Positions 26,000-40,394 of a DNA stretch of 64,000 nt are shown in pieces. This DNA is from Octopus sinensis (lineage: Eukaryota), in the NCBI RefSeq assembly GCF_006345805.1, contig NW_021833290.1, positions 12,763-76,762 on the forward strand, in the 5' to 3' direction. Numbering within the stretch: position 1 is the first letter of the stretch; each line of letters begins with the position of its first letter. The notes below the pieces were generated by a model that saw only the letters and a program-made list of their open reading frames with translations, was not told where the DNA came from and searched no databases. Position numbers and translations under genes: made by a program.

Positions 26000-26270
26000 C
26001 AACCATGACTATTTGAAGTGAGAAATAGAAGGTTGTTGACAATGAAGAGAGTAGAGGTGATACCAGTAGTAATTGGTACATTTGGAAGTATTAGCACTCA
26101 ACTCCCAGCATGACTGAAAACAATTGGTACAAGTGTGAAGGTAGAACACCTAAAAGAAATCAGTATTGCTTGGAACGCAAGAATTCTTCGTAGGGTTCTT
26201 GAAGTATAAACAGTAAACAAGTACACTTTCCATCAAACCCAGAAAAGTAAGCTGTGAGTTTTCATATGAT

Positions 26271-26303
<33 letters not shown>

Positions 26304-26580
26304 ATATGATGGTGATGATTATGATGGTGATGGTGATGATAATGATGATGATGATGATTATGATGGTGATGATTATGATGATGATGGAGGTGATGATGAT
26401 GATGATGATGTTGATGATGATGAGGAGGAGGAATACATTCTTTAAATGAGAATGCATGGACAGTTTGAAAAGAATAAACAGGATGTTAAGGATAATACAG
26501 CATCGTGGGCATGGCTTGAGCGAAGTGATTTGAAGCGTACCACTGAAAGCCTGATCATTGTTGCATAAGACCAGGCTCTC
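26000..26580 (+). mobile_element. R4/Dong fragments on either side of a (GAT)n microsatellite
   Basis: VEVIPVVIGTFGSI (endonuclease end); MHGQFEK..SWAWLERSDLKRTTESLI..DQAL. Confidence 0.7.
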
Positions 26581-27319
26581 GCTGCCTCATTGGTCTGTCT
26601 CATTCGCTGTGTATTGACCAAAACCAAATAATCCATTGATGAGGAGGTCATCCGATAATCCCTAAAGCCAAAAACCTCTCAGTTCAATTGTCTTATGTCT
26701 GAGTAGAAATTAGAGGGAAAATGAATAAAAGAAGGTTTAACCTTCTCATTTGACCATTCACATGCAATCATAGACATCTTCATACACATTCAAGCATGAA
26801 TATGGTAGTAGAAAGTAAAGTTAGAGTTACAGAGAGAGAGAGAGAGAGAGATGGGGGTATGAATGTAATCCATTCACACCACTCTGTACTACAAACTGCA
26901 GTAGATTTATTAGAGAGGAGAAATGAGAAAATGATAATTGAAAATACAGATACCAAATAAAATTAGGTAGGATGTGGTTAGAGAATATATAAATGGCATA
27001 CTAGATTTAGAGGATATTCTAGATATAGATGATATGCTATTGAATTATTGAATATGATTTTCAGAAGAGAATATTCTGAACCTTTTAGGAATTTTGCTAC
27101 ATCGTAATGCAATTCTATAATGTTCTGATAAATACAATTTTGAAATAGTCTGCTTGTATACCTCCCAACCTCTAATACTGCGCAAACGTTGTTAGTTTTT
27201 TACTATTTGTCTCCCTTAAAAGGTTCTCCATTCCAAGCAGTGTGGTTAAGCTTTAATAGGGATAGGATCGTGTTAAATTTCCCTCTCTTTCTTTACCTCT
27301 CCACACACACGTGTATATA

Positions 27320-27360
<41 letters not shown>

Positions 27361-28544
27361 TAACACAGAAGAATGGAGATATCATACACATTGAATCAGA
27401 TTGGCAAATCACAAAATCTTGCGATACAGTAATACTGCGTATTAATCGGCCCTTTAGTTACAGGGTGTTCTCTTTTCATGTTCTGAGTTCAAAATTTGGA
27501 GGACGATTTTGCCTTTCATCTTTTTGGGGTCGATGAATTAAGTACCAGCCGAGCACTAGGGTGGATGTAATCGACAAGCCCCCAGCCACAAAATTGCAGG
27601 CCTTGTGCTTATCGTAGAAAGAATATTTTAGCCCCTTGATTACCAAATTACCAAATGGCTTCGTGGTAGAAAAACAGAGGCAAATACAGCAATCATCAGA
27701 AATATTTGAATGGAATTTTTGTGGTTCTTATTCCTTCTGATAACTCCGTTGTCATAAGGATATAATAAGTAATAACAATATATATATATGTGTGTGTGTG
27801 TGTATGCTTATATATGCACATACGCATACACACACAGGAAAATTTATATATGTGTGCATGAAGGTTTGTATGTAGGCCACTCTCTCGACTCCAGTTAATT
27901 ATGAGTATTTATAAACATGGGGTAAACTAGATCAAACCAACCTTCTGATATTTGAACATAATCTTTTCGATAATAAAACACAGTGCTCGGAAATCATGTT
28001 GATCCACTGAAATTTAAATCAACTCATTGTTGTTTATTACCAACAACATTTAACGAGGAATTGAGAATTTTATGACCTCATTTTTATTTTTTTCATTTTC
28101 CTATAACCCAAAAAACTGTTTTGCTTACATTTTAACTATGCTGGGAAGAATAAGAAGCGCCATCTTCATATTTTTCTATTGGGTTGCTGTTCAAATATCT
28201 GAAAAAGAGACAAATATTACACACTTTAAAATAAGTAAAATTAAATAAATCTGTTTACTCTTGTTCATTTCTAAATTGCTTTTTAGTCAACACTAACAGG
28301 GTAAATGCTGATATTACACACTACAATTGTTTATTCCTCTTTATATTTCTATGGGAAGTGTTGTTTGAACAAGAATAGGTTCCTTCAATCTAACTTAATT
28401 ATCCTAACAGAAAACCTGATAACAAAACAGCAAAAGATGGAAGGGAATAAAATACAAAAATAAAAAAAAATAACAAGGAGACTTTCTTATGTGCACAATA
28501 TGGGTTTTAGTCAACATTCTCATCTATGGTAGAAATATCTTCCT

Positions 28545-28703
28545 CCATACAGGCAAGGTTCTGTGGCAGGAAAATTACATCTCACATCCATGGATTCTTT
28601 AGTCCAACTGTGTGGCACCTTGGACAAATAACATTAACTATAACCTTGGGTCAACTAAGCGTTGTGAGTAAATTTGCTGCAGGAAACTGTGTGGATTCCC
28701 TTC

Positions 28704-28770
<67 letters not shown>

Positions 28771-28980
28771 ATATATTATATATATATATGCGAGTGCTTT
28801 ATAACCAATATTGGTTTGTTTACGTCCCCCTAACTTAGTGATTCCTCAAAAGTTATCCGACTGATTAAGTGCCAGATTTTAAAAATTCAGTACTAAGGAT
28901 GATTTGTTCGAGTAAACGCTTGAAGGTAGTACTCCAGCATGGCCGCAATCTGATAACTGAAACAAGGAATAGTAAAAGTA
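28545..28980 (+). mobile_element. Old, degenerate family-1 SINE with an expanded internal (TA)n
   Basis: gtggcaccttggacaa core; tttacgtcccctaacttag; actccagcatggccgca. Confidence 0.6.
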
Positions 28981-29594
28981 CATACTCCAGTAGCAGTGTA
29001 ATGATAAAAAAGGTTTTCAAAACAATAAAATAATAATTATTGCAATAACATTGACCATCTTCAGACCAGTGCATAACTATCAGAATCCTATTCAAAGTTC
29101 ATAAAACAATGGTCACCTTTTGGTAGAAGATAAATACTGGGTACCTATAAATTGACTTTACAATTTGAACACTTCAGAAGACAATGAAGAACAAGGATAA
29201 CTCATCAAACTTTATTGGAAATCTTTGGCAAACAAATATCAGAAGCATTAGAACACTTCGACGTGGATTTAATTGTTACCAATTCTACGTCGCTAAAAGC
29301 CACACTTCTTTTTTGTCGGTTGAATTTTATAACGGGATTTTTACTAAAAGAGTCTTCCCAATGAAGACGTTCTTTTAAATTTGATTAATCTACACATTTC
29401 CTTTGGAAATAACTGAGATATTTTGATTCAAAGTCACTTTTTTGCCTTACGCTGCCATTTTTTACCTCGAAAACTTTGAAATAAATATTTTAAAGAATCA
29501 ATTTCCAATTATTTTAGCTCCAAATGTAGCTTACATCTCGATCATCATTGCCAAAACGATGCAATTAATTAGGTTGAGAGCTGAATTACTAATT

Positions 29595-30610
29595 AAATCA
29601 TGTAATAGGAGTGGAAGAGCTGCACTCTGTTGTTCACAGTCTCTAAGTGAAGTTCAGTAACAAGGACGGGGAGTCTATTGTTGGGGTGCCGGGTGGGATA
29701 ATCTATAGTCACCTTGATACTTTGGTGGATGGAGTTGGCTACTTGCTGCATGCTCTCCATTATGTTCCTCTCAGTTTCTACATTACCGTTACTAGAGCTG
29801 GTCTTAACTGTGATATTAATGCAATCTATATACCTACAGTAAATTAGAAGAGTTGTGGACTGTTTTGCCAAGGATTGCTTAGGTTTTCTGATCCACCAGG
29901 TCATGAAGAGGCCGGCAATATCTCCAGATACACCGACACAAATGGCCGCACCTTGAACTTACATGTATAGTTTCAAGCATTTGTCTTATGAAGGAAGGCC
30001 GAAGACGCACGACCTTTGTTCTCTCGAAAAACGACGACGCCGTGGTGATCTCATTCTTGGTCCCTACATCATAAGCGGAAAGTGTATCCTCTCGAAAGAG
30101 CTGTTCTTCACTCCTGCTCCAGAGCGTCGGCTGCAGGGTCACTCCGAAAAGCTCTATCTACGACGATTTCATCTCAATCGAAGGAGAGGGGCTATCTCCG
30201 TCCGGGTTGCGGATCCGTGGAATAAGCTGCCGGACGAGATAGTGAAGATGCCGACGACCGCTCGGTTCAAAGTCTCTCTTGACCAGAAATAGCCTGAACT
30301 CTTTGTATGACCACCCTCCCTGTACATAACGCCCTGTCCCCCTACATGGCCTTGCTTTTGCTTTTTGAGACAAAAAATTAAACTAAACTAAACTAGTGAT
30401 ACTTTAGTCTGTGGTTCTTCAAGGTGGTTCTTACGCTAGCTCCTACTGCCTGTGCAATCATTCCTTTCTCCTAATTGTTGTTCTCAGGGAGTTGGGTGGG
30501 TAGGGTCAAGCCACACCAGCGCTCAGTGGTGCATTTATTTACTGCTGAAGTGATGGTGGGTGGTCTAAGAATCTGTGATCTGGCGGGGTAGAATATATAG
30601 TCTAAGAACG
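29595..30610 (-). mobile_element. Penelope-like RT fragment interrupted by a CR1 insertion
   Basis: YCRYIDCINI..ANSIHQSIKVTIDYPTRHPNNRLPVL (29595-29905); MIAQAVGASVRTTLKNH (30396-30470). Confidence 0.6.
29910..30394 (+). mobile_element. CR1-group LINE 3' end with (AAACT)n tail
   Basis: LSYEGR..SLEKRRRRGDLI..LQGHSEKL..RVADPWNKLP..FKVSLD. Confidence 0.88.
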
Positions 30611-31816
30611 AGACACGGATCACGCGTGTTGACATCACAGAACTACACTTCACATTTCACAGACAATCTCATTACATTATACTCCAGCAAAATCGATGTC
30701 AATAGATGGGTAGAGGGAAGCAAGTCCTTAGTGTCCACTACACAACATGTGAAGAACTTGGAGTGACCAAAAATACTCATTTTATTGAGGATGTCCTCAG
30801 TGCTAACAGAAGAAGAAGAAGAAGAAGAAGAAGAAGAAGAAAAAGAAGAAGAAGAAGAAGAAGAAGAAGAAAAAGAAGAAGAAGAAGAAGGAGAAGAAGA
30901 AGAAGAAGGAGAAGAAGAAGAAAGAAGAAAAAGAAGAAGGAGAATAAGGAGGAGAAGAAGAAGGAGAAGAAGAAGAAGAAGAAGAAAGAAGAAGAAGAAG
31001 TAGAAGAAGAAGGAGAATAAGGAGAAGAAGAAGAAGAAGAAGAAGAATAAGAAGAAGAAGAAGAAGGAGAGAAGAAGAAGGAGAAGAAAAAGAAGAAGAA
31101 AAAAGAAGAAGAAGAAGAGAAGAAGAAGAAGGAGAAGAAGAAGAAGAAGAAAAAGAAGAAGAAGAAGAAGAAGAAGAAGAAAAAGAAGAAGTAGAAAAAG
31201 AAGAAGGAGAAGAAGAAGAAGGAGAAGAAGAAGGAGAAGAAGAAGAATAACGGCAATGCGGATAAATAACTGCCAGTCGTTGTCATGTCCAAACACATTC
31301 AAATAGATATATCATGAATAGAGTCCAGTAGTTGATTCGTCGATATATTAAGGAAATGCGAAAAAAATGTCATCGTTCAGAAGATATATGAAGCAGGAAG
31401 AAACGTTGCTTAGTTTCACATCGTATGTAATTGCGAAGAAATATTGAATAATGTTCATTATGTGAAGAAAGAATTTATATGGAAATATAACGAATAAGGG
31501 AAGAAGAAGAACAAGAAGAAGAAGAAGAAGAAGAATAGAAGAAGAAGAAGAGAAGAAAAGAAGAAGGAGGAGGAGGAGAAGAAGAAGAATAAGAGAAGAA
31601 GAAGAAGAAGAAGAGAAAAGAAGAAGAATGAGGAGAAGGAGAAAAAGGAGGAGGAGAAGGAGAAAAAGAAGAAGAAGAAGAAGAAAAACAAGAAGAAGAA
31701 GAGGGGGATTTAGGAAGAAGAAGAAGAAGAAGAAGAAGAAGAAGAAAAGAAGAAGAAGAAGAGAAGAAGAAGAAGAAGGAGAAGAAGAAGGAGAGGGATA
31801 ATAATAATAATAATAA

Positions 31817-31847
<31 letters not shown>

Positions 31848-32273
31848 AAGAAGAAGAAGAAGAAGAAGAAAAGAAGAAGAAGAAGAAGAAGAAAAGAAGA
31901 AGAAGAACAAAAACTTCAACAACAATAACAAAAAAATTATCTCGGTGGAATTGTGGATAAATAACCACACGGCACCACAGAATCAACAGAACAATGTGAA
32001 ATAAAATAGTAGCTAAAACTTATATTAATAGTGCAGATACAGACATACATATGAACATACACATATATTTTCAGGAATAACATTTTTATGCAGACAATTA
32101 TCAACTGACAGTCATTGACATGTTCAGACTCAATCAAATAAATATAACACGAATATGAGAACTGAATATGATTTACAGTAATAGAGAGTGAGAAAACATG
32201 GAAATAAGGGGATATTAAATTTAAAGACATAGTATATTCCTCATGTATAAACGACAACATTGAAAGAACTTAC

Positions 32274-32345
32274 AATTCCTCTAAGCTGTGAAGGCCTTGA
32301 AACATCTCCTTTTCAATCCTTGAAATTTTATTGTTGCCAAGGTTT
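32274..32345 (-). CDS. LRR exon type A: NLGNNKISRIEKEMFQGLHSLEEL
   Basis: 72 nt; cttcag acceptor, gtaagt donor; phase 2-2. Confidence 0.92.
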
Positions 32346-35267
32346 CTGAAGCAGGAAACAATATTGGTTAGATTGACATAGTGTGAATTGCGATAACATA
32401 TTCAATATTGTTCTTTATGAAAAGGGAAAAAATATAGGAAAATAACACAAGAAGAAGAGGAACAGGAAAGAGATTGAGAAGAAGAAGAAGCCAAAGAAGA
32501 AGGGGAGGTGGGGAAGGGGAAACGGAGAAGACAAGGAGGAAGTGGAGGGGGAGAAGAAGTAGAAGAAGGAGGAGTTGGAGGAGGAGGAACGAAGGAGAGG
32601 AAAATGGCTGAGGACGGAGTAGGACAAGGAGATGAAGGAGGGGTGGGGGAAATAGGAGGAGGAGCAGAGGGTAGAGTAGAAGAAAAAGATGTAAATTATT
32701 AAAAAGAGGAGGAGGGTGAGGAGACGAAGAAGAATAGGCAAAAGAGAAGAAAAAGAAGAAGAAGAGGAAAAAGAAGAAGAAGAAGAAAGCGATGAAGAAG
32801 GAGGAGGAAGAGGAGAAGGAGGGAGAGAATTACAAAAAAGAAGATGAGAAAAAAAAGAAGAAGGAGGAGAAGGAGGAGAAGTAGAAGAAAGTAGAAGTAG
32901 GAGTGGAAGAAAAAGAGGAAGAAGAAAGAGGATAAGGAGGGGGAGGGGAAAGTAAGAATTACAAGAAGGAGGAGGAGGAGGAGAAGAAGAAGAAAAGAAG
33001 AAGAAGAAGAAGCAGAAGAAGAAAAAGGAGGAGGAGTAGAGGTAGAAGAAGAGGAAGAAGAACAGGAAGCTGTAGAAGAAAGAGAAGACGGAAGAAGAGG
33101 CAAGAGGTGGAGGAGGAGGATGAAGGGGAAGAAGAAGTTAGAGAAAAAGAAAAAAAGAAGAAGAAGGAGGAGGAGAATAACAAAATGAAACTATGAAGAA
33201 GAAAGAGCCGAAAGAGGAGAAGTAGATGAAGAAATAGAAAGTAGAATAAGAAGAAGTAGAGGAAAAAGAAAAATAAGGAGGAAGATGAGGAGGAGAAGTA
33301 CAAGAAGAAGAAGAAGAAGAAGAAGAAGAAGAAGAAGAAGGAGAAGAAGAAGAAGAAGGAGAAGAAGAAGGAGGAGGAGGAGGAGGAGGAGAAGAAGAAG
33401 AAGTAGAAGTAGAAGAAGAAAGAAGAAAAAGAAGAAGAAAAGAAGACGAAGAACAAGAAGAAGGAAAAGGAGGAGGATGAAGGGGAAGAAGAAGAGAAAG
33501 GAGGAGGATGAGAAGAATATGAAGAAGTAGAAAGTGTAGAAGAGGTAGAAGACGAAGAAAAAAAGAAGTCGTAGAAAGAGAAGAAGAAAAGGAAAATGAT
33601 GGAGGAAGACGGGGAACAGAAGTAGAAGAAGAAGACGAAGAAGGAGAAGAAGAAGGAGAATAAGAATTAGAAGAAGAAGAAGAAAAAGGAGCAAGAGAGG
33701 AGAGGGGTGGAGATGGACGAGAATTACAAGAAGAAAAAGGAGGGGTGGGGTGGTGAGAGGAGGAAGTGAATTACAAGAAGTAAATGTAGATGAAGAAGAA
33801 GAGAATAAAATTAGAAGAAGAAAAGAAAGAGGAGGAGGTGGAGGAGGAGAAGAAGAAGAATAGTTTAAAAGAAGGAGAAGAAGAAGAAATTGAAGAAGAG
33901 AAGAAAAAGAAGGAGGAGGATGATGAGCAGGAGGTGAGGCGGAGGAAGGAGAAGACGAAGAAGAAGAAGAAGAAGAAGAAGAAGAAGAATAGTTTAAAAG
34001 AAGAAGGAGAAGAAGAAGAAAATGAAGAAGAAGAGAAGAAAGTAAGGATAGGAGGAGGCATGAGGTTGGCTAAGGAATAAGAAGAAGGAAGACTAAGACT
34101 AAGAATATAAGAAGAAGACGACGACGACGAAGAATAAGAATAATAAGAAGAAGAGTATAAGGAAGAATAAAGAATAGAAAAGAAGAAGAAGAAGAAAAAG
34201 ACGAAGACGAAGAAGAAGAAGAAAGGAAGAAGAAGAAGGGGAGTAGAAGAAAAAGAAGAAGAAGAAGAAGAAGAAAGAAGTTATATTGAAAATCATGGTG
34301 TTGAAGACGAAACTGAAATTGTTCTTAAAATATCAGGAAATAATTCAAGGATAGATCGATAAATTTTGGGCGAGAAGACATGGCTGAAAAATCATGGAAT
34401 ATACGGAATCAGAAATCAACATATTCAAATGCACTCATACGCATTCTTATATTCATAGTATCAACGACGGAATGCGGTATGCACACTCACATCACACATA
34501 TTCCCACTCACCCTTGTGGAAATATGGTGAGAGAGATTATTTCATATCGCTTCATTGTCAGAAGAATATTAGAAAACACACGCTTACAAGAAATATATCA
34601 GCAGTTTAATTGTATCAGGCCAAATATTCGAGCTTACAAGTACAGTATGTATTTCAGGTTTACAGATAGAATGTATGTGACTATATTATTCGAATATATA
34701 TTTTCCGCTTCCAATTTAGTTGCTCTATTACATAAATAACGTGAAGTGAATGACAAAATTCGAAGTTGAATGATAATATCGAAACATGAAGGAGAATATT
34801 GAAATAGGAAATGGAGGAGGATGTAAAATATAAAATAAAGGAATAATATATTCACATTTCACACAGAACTACACTTATATATGAACATACACATATACTT
34901 CAGCTAAAAATATTTGATGCAAACATGTAAACTCACAAACGTTACCATTTCTAATACAAATTCATATCAAAATCATTGAAATTGGGGAACAAAATGAGTT
35001 ATTTAGATGCGAATTGAAACGAAGCAAGTACAAGAAAGGAACATTATATTTTTCCTATTATTTCACATTTTCTCTCAAATTCTCTCTCTTTCTTTCACAT
35101 TGTCTCGCTCTCTCATATTCTTCTTTGTATATTCCTAAATCGTGTTGATTCTACAAATTCGAATTGATTTTGTTTGGTGGAGTCTGAAATTTTATACATT
35201 TGTGAGCTTATATATCAGCATCAATTATTACATTCGGAAAATAATATCAAGAAACTGAAGAACTTAC

Positions 35268-35339
35268 AATTCTGTTAAATTGCAAAGCCCCGTGAATACA
35301 CCTTCTTTGATGGTTGCAATGTTGTTGGAACCAATATTT
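35268..35339 (-). CDS. LRR exon type B: NIGSNNIATIKEGVFTGLCNLTEL
   Basis: 72 nt; ctatag acceptor, gtaagt donor; phase 2-2. Confidence 0.92.
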
Positions 35340-36580
35340 CTATAGCAGTAAAGAAAGAGTAAAATAGATTATATGGAAAATATTTGTGATACGACATCAA
35401 ACACTGTGACTTCAGAATGAAAGGAAGAAAAAGAAGAAATATAACGAAGAAGAAAAAGAAGAAGAAGGAGAAGAAGAAGAAGAAGAAGAAGAAGAAGAAG
35501 AGAAGGTAGATGAAGAGAAGAAGAAGAATAAAAAGAAGAATAAGGAGGAGGAAAAGGAGAAGAAGAAGAAGAAGAAGAAGTAGAAGAAAACGTAGAAGAA
35601 GAAAGGAGAAGATAAAGGAGAAGAAGACCTAGAAGAAGAAAAAGAAGAAGAGGAGGCGGAGGAGGCGGAGGAGGCGGAGGAGGCGGAGGAGTCGGAGGTG
35701 GAGGAGAGGTGGGGATGTTAGGAGGAGGACAAAGGAATGGATGACTGAGGAGGGGCAGCTGGGGATAGCAGCAGAAGGAGCAGGAAGAGCAGGAGGATGA
35801 GTATAAGAGGAAGAATTGGAAGAGAATGGAAAAGAGGGAGACCATTGAAGAAGCAGAAAGTACAGAGAAGAAAAAGAACAAGAAAAAAAGAAGGAAAAGA
35901 AGAAGACAAAGAAGAAGTAGAACAGGAAGAAAAGTAACAAGAAGAAGAAGAAGATGAAGTAGAAGAAGAATAAGAGGAAGAAGAAGAAGAAGAAGACGAC
36001 GAAGAAGAAGAGGAACATGCAGGAGATGAAGAAGGAAAGAAGAAGACGAAGAAGATGAAGAAGAAAAATAGAAGAAGAGAAAGAAGAAATTAAAGAAAAA
36101 GGAGGATGAGTAGGACGAAGAGGGGAGGTTGAGGAGAAGAATTGCAATAAGAAGAAGAAGAAAAAGGAGAAGGAGGTGGAGGAGGAGGGGGAATAGGAGA
36201 ATTACAAGAAGAAGAACAAAACAACAACAATAACAAAAAAATTATCTCGGTGGAAGTGTGGATAAATAACCACACGGCACCACAGAATCAACAGAACAAT
36301 GTGAAATAAAATAGTAGCTAAAACTTATATTAATAGTGCAGATACATACATACATATGAACATACACATATATATTTTCAGGAATAACATTTTTATGCAG
36401 ACAATTATCAACTGACAGTCATTGACATGTTCAGACTCAATCAAATAAATATAAGACGAATATGAGAACTGAATATGATTTACAGTAATAGAGAGTGAGA
36501 AAACATGGAAATAAGGGGATATTAAATTTAAAGACATAGTATATTCCTCATGTATAAACGACAACATTGAATGAACTTAC

Positions 36581-36652
36581 AATATCTCTAAGTTGTGAAG
36601 GCCTTGAAACATCTCTTTTTCAATCCTTGAAATTTTATTGAAGGAAAGAGAT
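36581..36652 (-). CDS. LRR exon type A: SLSFNKISRIEKEMFQGLHNLEIL
   Basis: 72 nt; canonical splice sites; phase 2-2. Confidence 0.92.
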
Positions 36653-37683
36653 CTGAAGCAGGAAACAATATTGGTTAGATTGACATAGTGTGAGTTGCGA
36701 TAACATATTCAATATTGTTCTTTATGAAGAGGGACAAAATTATAGGAAAATAATACAAGAAGAAGGGGAACAGGAAAGAGTTTGAGGAGAAGAAGAAGAC
36801 AAAGACGAAGGGGATGAGCGGAAGGGGAAACGGAGAAGACGAGGAGGAAAAGGAGGGGGGAGAAGAAATAGGAGGAGTTCGAGGAGGAGGTGGGGAGGAG
36901 AAGAAAAAGCTTGAGGTCGGAAGAGGACAAGGAGATGCAGGAGGGGTGGGGGAAATAGGAGGAGGAGCAGAGGGTAGAGTAGAAGAAAAAGATGTAAATG
37001 ATTAAAAAGAGGAGGAGGAGGATGAGGAGACGAAGAAGAATAGGTAAAAGAAAAAGAAGAAGAAGAGGAAAAAGAAAAAGAAGTAGAAGAAGGCGATGAA
37101 GAAGGAAGAGGAAGGGGAGAAGGAGGGAGAGAATTACAAAAAAGAAGATGAGGATAAAAAGAACGAGAAGGAGAAGGAGGAGAAGTAGAAGAAAGTAGAA
37201 GTGGGTTAGGAAGAAAAAGAAGAAGAAGAAGGAGAAGTAGAAGAAGAATAAATGAAGTAGAAGAAAGAGAAGTTGAAGAAAAAGAAAAATAAATAGGAAG
37301 ATGAGGAGGAGAAGTAGAAGAAGAACAACAACAACAATAACAAAAAATTTATCCTGGTGGAAGTGTGGATAAATAACCACACGGCACCACAGAATCAAGA
37401 GAACAATGTGTAAGAAAATAGTAGCTAAAACTTGTATTAATAGTGCAGATACATACATACATATGAACATACACATATATATTTTCAGGAATAACATTTT
37501 GATGCAGACAATTATCAACTGACAGTCATTGACATGTTCAGACTCAATCAAATAAATATAAGACGAATATGAGAACTGAATATGATTTACAGTAATAGAG
37601 AGTGAGAAAACATGGAAATAAGGGGATATTAAATTTAAAGACATAGTATATTCCTCATGTATAAACGACAACATTGAAAGAAC

Positions 37684-37755
37684 AATTTCTCTAAGTTGTG
37701 AAGGCCTTGAAACATCTCTTTTTCAATCCTTGAAATCTTATTGTTGCGAAGACCT
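37684..37755 (-). CDS. LRR exon type A with weakened donor: GLRNNKISRIEKEMFQGLHNLEKL
   Basis: 72 nt open; a 4-nt deletion turns donor gtaagtt into gttctt. Confidence 0.75.
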
Positions 37756-40394
37756 CTGAAGCAGGAAACAATATTGGTTAGACTGACATAGTGTGAATTG
37801 CGATAACATATTCAATATTGTTCTTTATGAAAAAGAACAAAATTATAGGAAAATAATATGAGAGGAAGAGGAACAGGAAAGAGATTGAGGAGAAGAAGAA
37901 GCCAAAGAAGAAGGGGAGGAGGGGAAGGGGAAACGGGGAAGACAAGGAGGAAGTGGAGGGGGAAAAGAAGTAGAAGAAGGAGGAGTTGGAGGAGAAGGAA
38001 CGAAGGGGAGGAAAAAGGCTGAGGACGGAGTAGAACAAGGAGATGCAGGAGGGGTGAGGGAAATAGGAGGAGGAGCAGAGGGTAGAGTAGAAGAAAAATA
38101 TGTAAATTATTAAAAAGAGGAGGAGGGTGAGGAGACGAAGAAGAATAGGTAAAAGAGAAGAAAAAGGAAAAGAAGAGGAAAAAGAAGAAGCAGAAGAAGG
38201 CGATGAAGAAGGAGGAGGAAGAGGAGAAGGAGGGGGAGAATTACAAAAAAGAAGATGAGAAGAAGAAGAAAGAGGATGAGAAGGAGAAGTAGAAGAAAGT
38301 AGAAGAAAGAGGATAAGGAGGGGGAGGGGAAAGGAAGAATTACAAGATGAGGAGAAGAAGAAGAAGAAGCAGAAGAAGAAAAGGAGGAGTAGAGGTAGAA
38401 GAAGAAGAAGAAGAACAGGAAGCAGTAGAAGAAAGAGAAGAAGAAGGAAGAGGGGGCAAGAGGTGGAGGAGGAGGATGAAGGGGAAGAAGAAGTTAGAGA
38501 AAAAGAAAAAAAGAAGAAGGAGGAGGAGAATAACAAAATGAAAATATGAAGAAGAAAGAGCCGAAAGAGGAGAAGTAGACGAAGAAATAGAAAGTAGAAT
38601 AAGAAGTAGAAGAAAATGAAATAGAAGAAAGAGAAGTTGAAGAAAAAGAAAAATAAGGAGGAAGATGAGGAGAAGTACAAGAAGAAGAAGAAGAAGAAGA
38701 AGAAGGAGGAGGAGGAGGAAGAGACGTAGAAGCAGAAGTAGAAAAAGAAGAAAAAGAAGAAGAAAAAAGAAGACGAATAAGAAGAAGGAAGAGGAGGAGG
38801 ATGAAGGCGAAGAAGAAGAGAAAGGAGGAGGAGGAGAAGAATATGAAGAAGTATAAAGTGTAGAAGAAGTAGAAGACGAAAAAAAAAGAAGTGGTAGAAA
38901 GAGAAGAAGAAAAGGAAAAAGATGGAGGAAGACGGGGAACAGAAGTAGAAGAAGAAGACGAAGAAGGAGAAGAACAAGGAGAATAAGAATAAGAATTAGA
39001 AGAAGAAGAAGAAAAAGGAGCAAGAGAGGAGAGGGGTGGAGGTGGACGAGAATTACAAGAAGAAAAAGGAGGGGTGGGGTGGTGAGAGGAGGAAGTGAAT
39101 TACAAGAAGTAAATGTAGATGAAGAAGAAGAGAATAAAATTAGAAGAAGAAAAGAAAGAGGAGGAGGTGGAGGAGGAGAAGAAGAAGAATAGTTTAAAAG
39201 AAGGAGAAGAAGAAGAAATTGAAGAAGAGAAGAAAAAGAAGGAGGAGGATGATGAGCAGGAGGTGAGGCGGAGGAAGGAGAAGAAGACGAAGAAGAAGAA
39301 GAAGAAGGAGAAGAAGAAGAAGAAGAAGACGACGACGACGAAGAAGAAGTAAAAGAAGAAGAAGGAGAAGAAGAAAAGAAGAAGAAGAAGAAGAAGAAAG
39401 AAGAAGAAGAAGAAGAAGAAGATACATTAAAAATCATTGTCTTCAAGACGACCCTTAAAATGTTTTCATAATATCATGAAATAATTCAAGGATAGAATGA
39501 AAAATTTTGGGCGAGAAGACATGGCTGAAAAATCATGGAATATACGGAATCAGAAATCAACATATTCAAATGCACTCATACGCATTCTTATATTCACAGT
39601 ATCAACGACGGAATGCGCTCTGCACACTCACATCACACATATTCCCACTCACCCTTGCGGAAATATGGTGAGAGAGATTATTTATTTAATATCGCTTCAT
39701 TGTCACAAGAATATTAGAAAACACACGCTTACAAGAAATATATCAGCAGTTTAATTGTATCAAGCCAAGTATTCCAGCTTATAAGTACAGTAAGTATTTC
39801 AGGTTTACAGATAGATGTATGTGACTATATTATTCGAATATATATTTTCCGCTTCCAATTCAGTTGCTCTATTACATAAATAACGTGAAGTGAATGACAA
39901 AATTCGAAGTTGAATGATAATATCGAAACACGAAGGAGAATATTGAAATAAGAAATGGAGGAGGATGTAAAATATAAAATAAAGGAATAATATAGTCACA
40001 TTTCACACAGAACTACACTTATATATGAACATACACATATACTTCAGCTAAAAATGTAACCTCACAAACGTTACCATTTCTAATACAAATTCATATCAAA
40101 ACCTTTGAAATTTGGGGAACAAAAAAGAGTTAATGAGATGCGAATTGAAACAAAGCAACTACAAGAAAGGAACATTATATTTTTCCTATTATTTCACTTT
40201 CTCTCTCAAATTCTCTCTCTTTCTTTCACATTGTCTCGCTCTCTCATATTCTCTTTGTATCTTCCTAAATCGTGTTCATTCTTCAAATTCGAATTGATTT
40301 TGTTTGGTGCAGTCTGAAATATTATATATTTGTGAGCTTATATATCAGCATCATTACTTTCGGAAAATAATATCAAGAAATTGAACAAACTTAC

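Noticed and set aside
29368-29440. LRR-like words on the minus strand (NISVISKG...SNLKE)
   Set aside because: Contains a stop and a frameshift and has no convincing splice sites; a possible relic but not supportable.
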